NCBI GenBank assembly: GCA_013334765.1
Contig: JAAXWW010000001.1
Coordinates: forward strand, 236,589 to 300,588
Direction: 5' to 3'
Source: Candidatus Moraniibacteriota bacterium
GTDB lineage: Bacteria > Patescibacteriota > Minisyncoccia > Moranbacterales > UBA2206
Length of the DNA: 64,000 bases
Numbering within the stretch: position 1 is the stretch's first letter; every line of letters starts with the position of its first letter. Positions 63,812-64,000 of this stretch are shown piece by piece. Position numbers and translations under genes: made by a program. The notes beneath the pieces were generated by a model. It was not told the origin of the DNA. It saw nothing but the letters and a program-made list of their open reading frames with translations, and did not search any database.

Positions 63812-64000
63812 ATGCTTTTGACTGTCGTTGTTTTTCTTGTGATGCTGGGATTGCTCATCTTCGTTCATGAACTGGGGCATTTTGTCGTGGCGAAAAGGAA
63901 CGGGATCGAGGCTTCGGAATTCGGTTTCGGCTTTCCTCCGAGAATGATCGGATTGCAATTCCTGCAAGCGGGCAAAGACGGGAAGAAAGGAAAATGGCGC
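63812..64000 (+). CDS. rseP: RIP metalloprotease RseP/site-2 protease (5' part; continues beyond window)
   Basis: MLLTVVVFLVMLGLLIFVHELGHFVVAK with an HExxH motif in TM1; genomic context after frr. Confidence 0.7.
   Translation, partial: MLLTVVVFLVMLGLLIFVHELGHFVVAKRNGIEASEFGFGFPPRMIGLQFLQAGKDGKKGKWR

Overview
Gene-dense (~45% GC) bacterial chromosomal segment; gene content and architecture fit a small-genome Patescibacteria/CPR-like fermenter (my inference). In order, the window holds the following.
1. Partial GtrA-like gene and a hypothetical, then a truncated dcw cluster (mraZ-rsmH-ftsL-like-ftsI-murF), a hypothetical, rmuC, a membrane hypothetical, a GT2 processive glycosyltransferase and a WecA/MraY-family transferase.
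2. A minus-strand membrane hypothetical; a ~650-bp AT-rich gene-free region with a perfect DnaA box; an untracked 50-aa Lys/Ala-repeat histone-H1-like gene.
3. A minus-strand operon: minimal protein kinase, small ORF, prfA, prmC.
4. A mini-MGMT, a tandem-REC protein, archaeal-type aspS, an MFS transporter, scpA, scpB, a DacC-like carboxypeptidase and mraY.
5. pgk, eno, a hidden 36-aa hydrophobic peptide gene, a PfkB kinase, ADP-forming acetyl-CoA synthetase, a REC-Zn-ribbon protein, recJ, a small hypothetical and rnhA.
6. A MacAB/YknXYZ-like efflux locus: HlyD-family adaptor, antisense small glycine-zipper membrane gene, ABC ATPase, a four-helix-bundle (23S IVS protein) cassette flanked by inverted repeats, and two FtsX-type permeases. 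It is followed by an acidic membrane protein and a DsbA-like oxidoreductase.
7. A hypothetical, then a four-subunit pyruvate:ferredoxin oxidoreductase operon (porG-porD-porA-X-porB) with an inserted coiled-coil repeat ORF; a MazG-like gene, tRNA-Thr, rubrerythrin, prfB, ftsE and ftsX.
8. tRNA-Gln followed by a ~4-kb accessory stretch: GC-rich DUF4177-like cassette, alpha/beta hydrolase, nucleotidyltransferase, secreted jelly-roll-like protein, small Cys peptide, small membrane protein and a 3D-domain protein.
9. A CIRCE-controlled hrcA-grpE-hsp20-dnaK operon, a DUF218 gene, dnaJ, a membrane protein, tRNA-Lys, a BNR-repeat lipoprotein, frr and the rseP 5' end.
Other signals outside the protein genes:
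- Three related families of ~150-bp imperfect-palindromic intergenic elements (7 copies) whose arms co-vary.
- At least five genes have a -10 box 6-7 nt upstream of the ATG, suggesting leaderless mRNAs.
- prfB carries the canonical CTT TGA C +1 frameshift site plus an extra out-of-frame G about 50 nt downstream.
- Two tandem repeats (31 bp and 9 bp) and several rho-independent terminators are present.
No CRISPR array, rRNA, integrase or transposase was seen.
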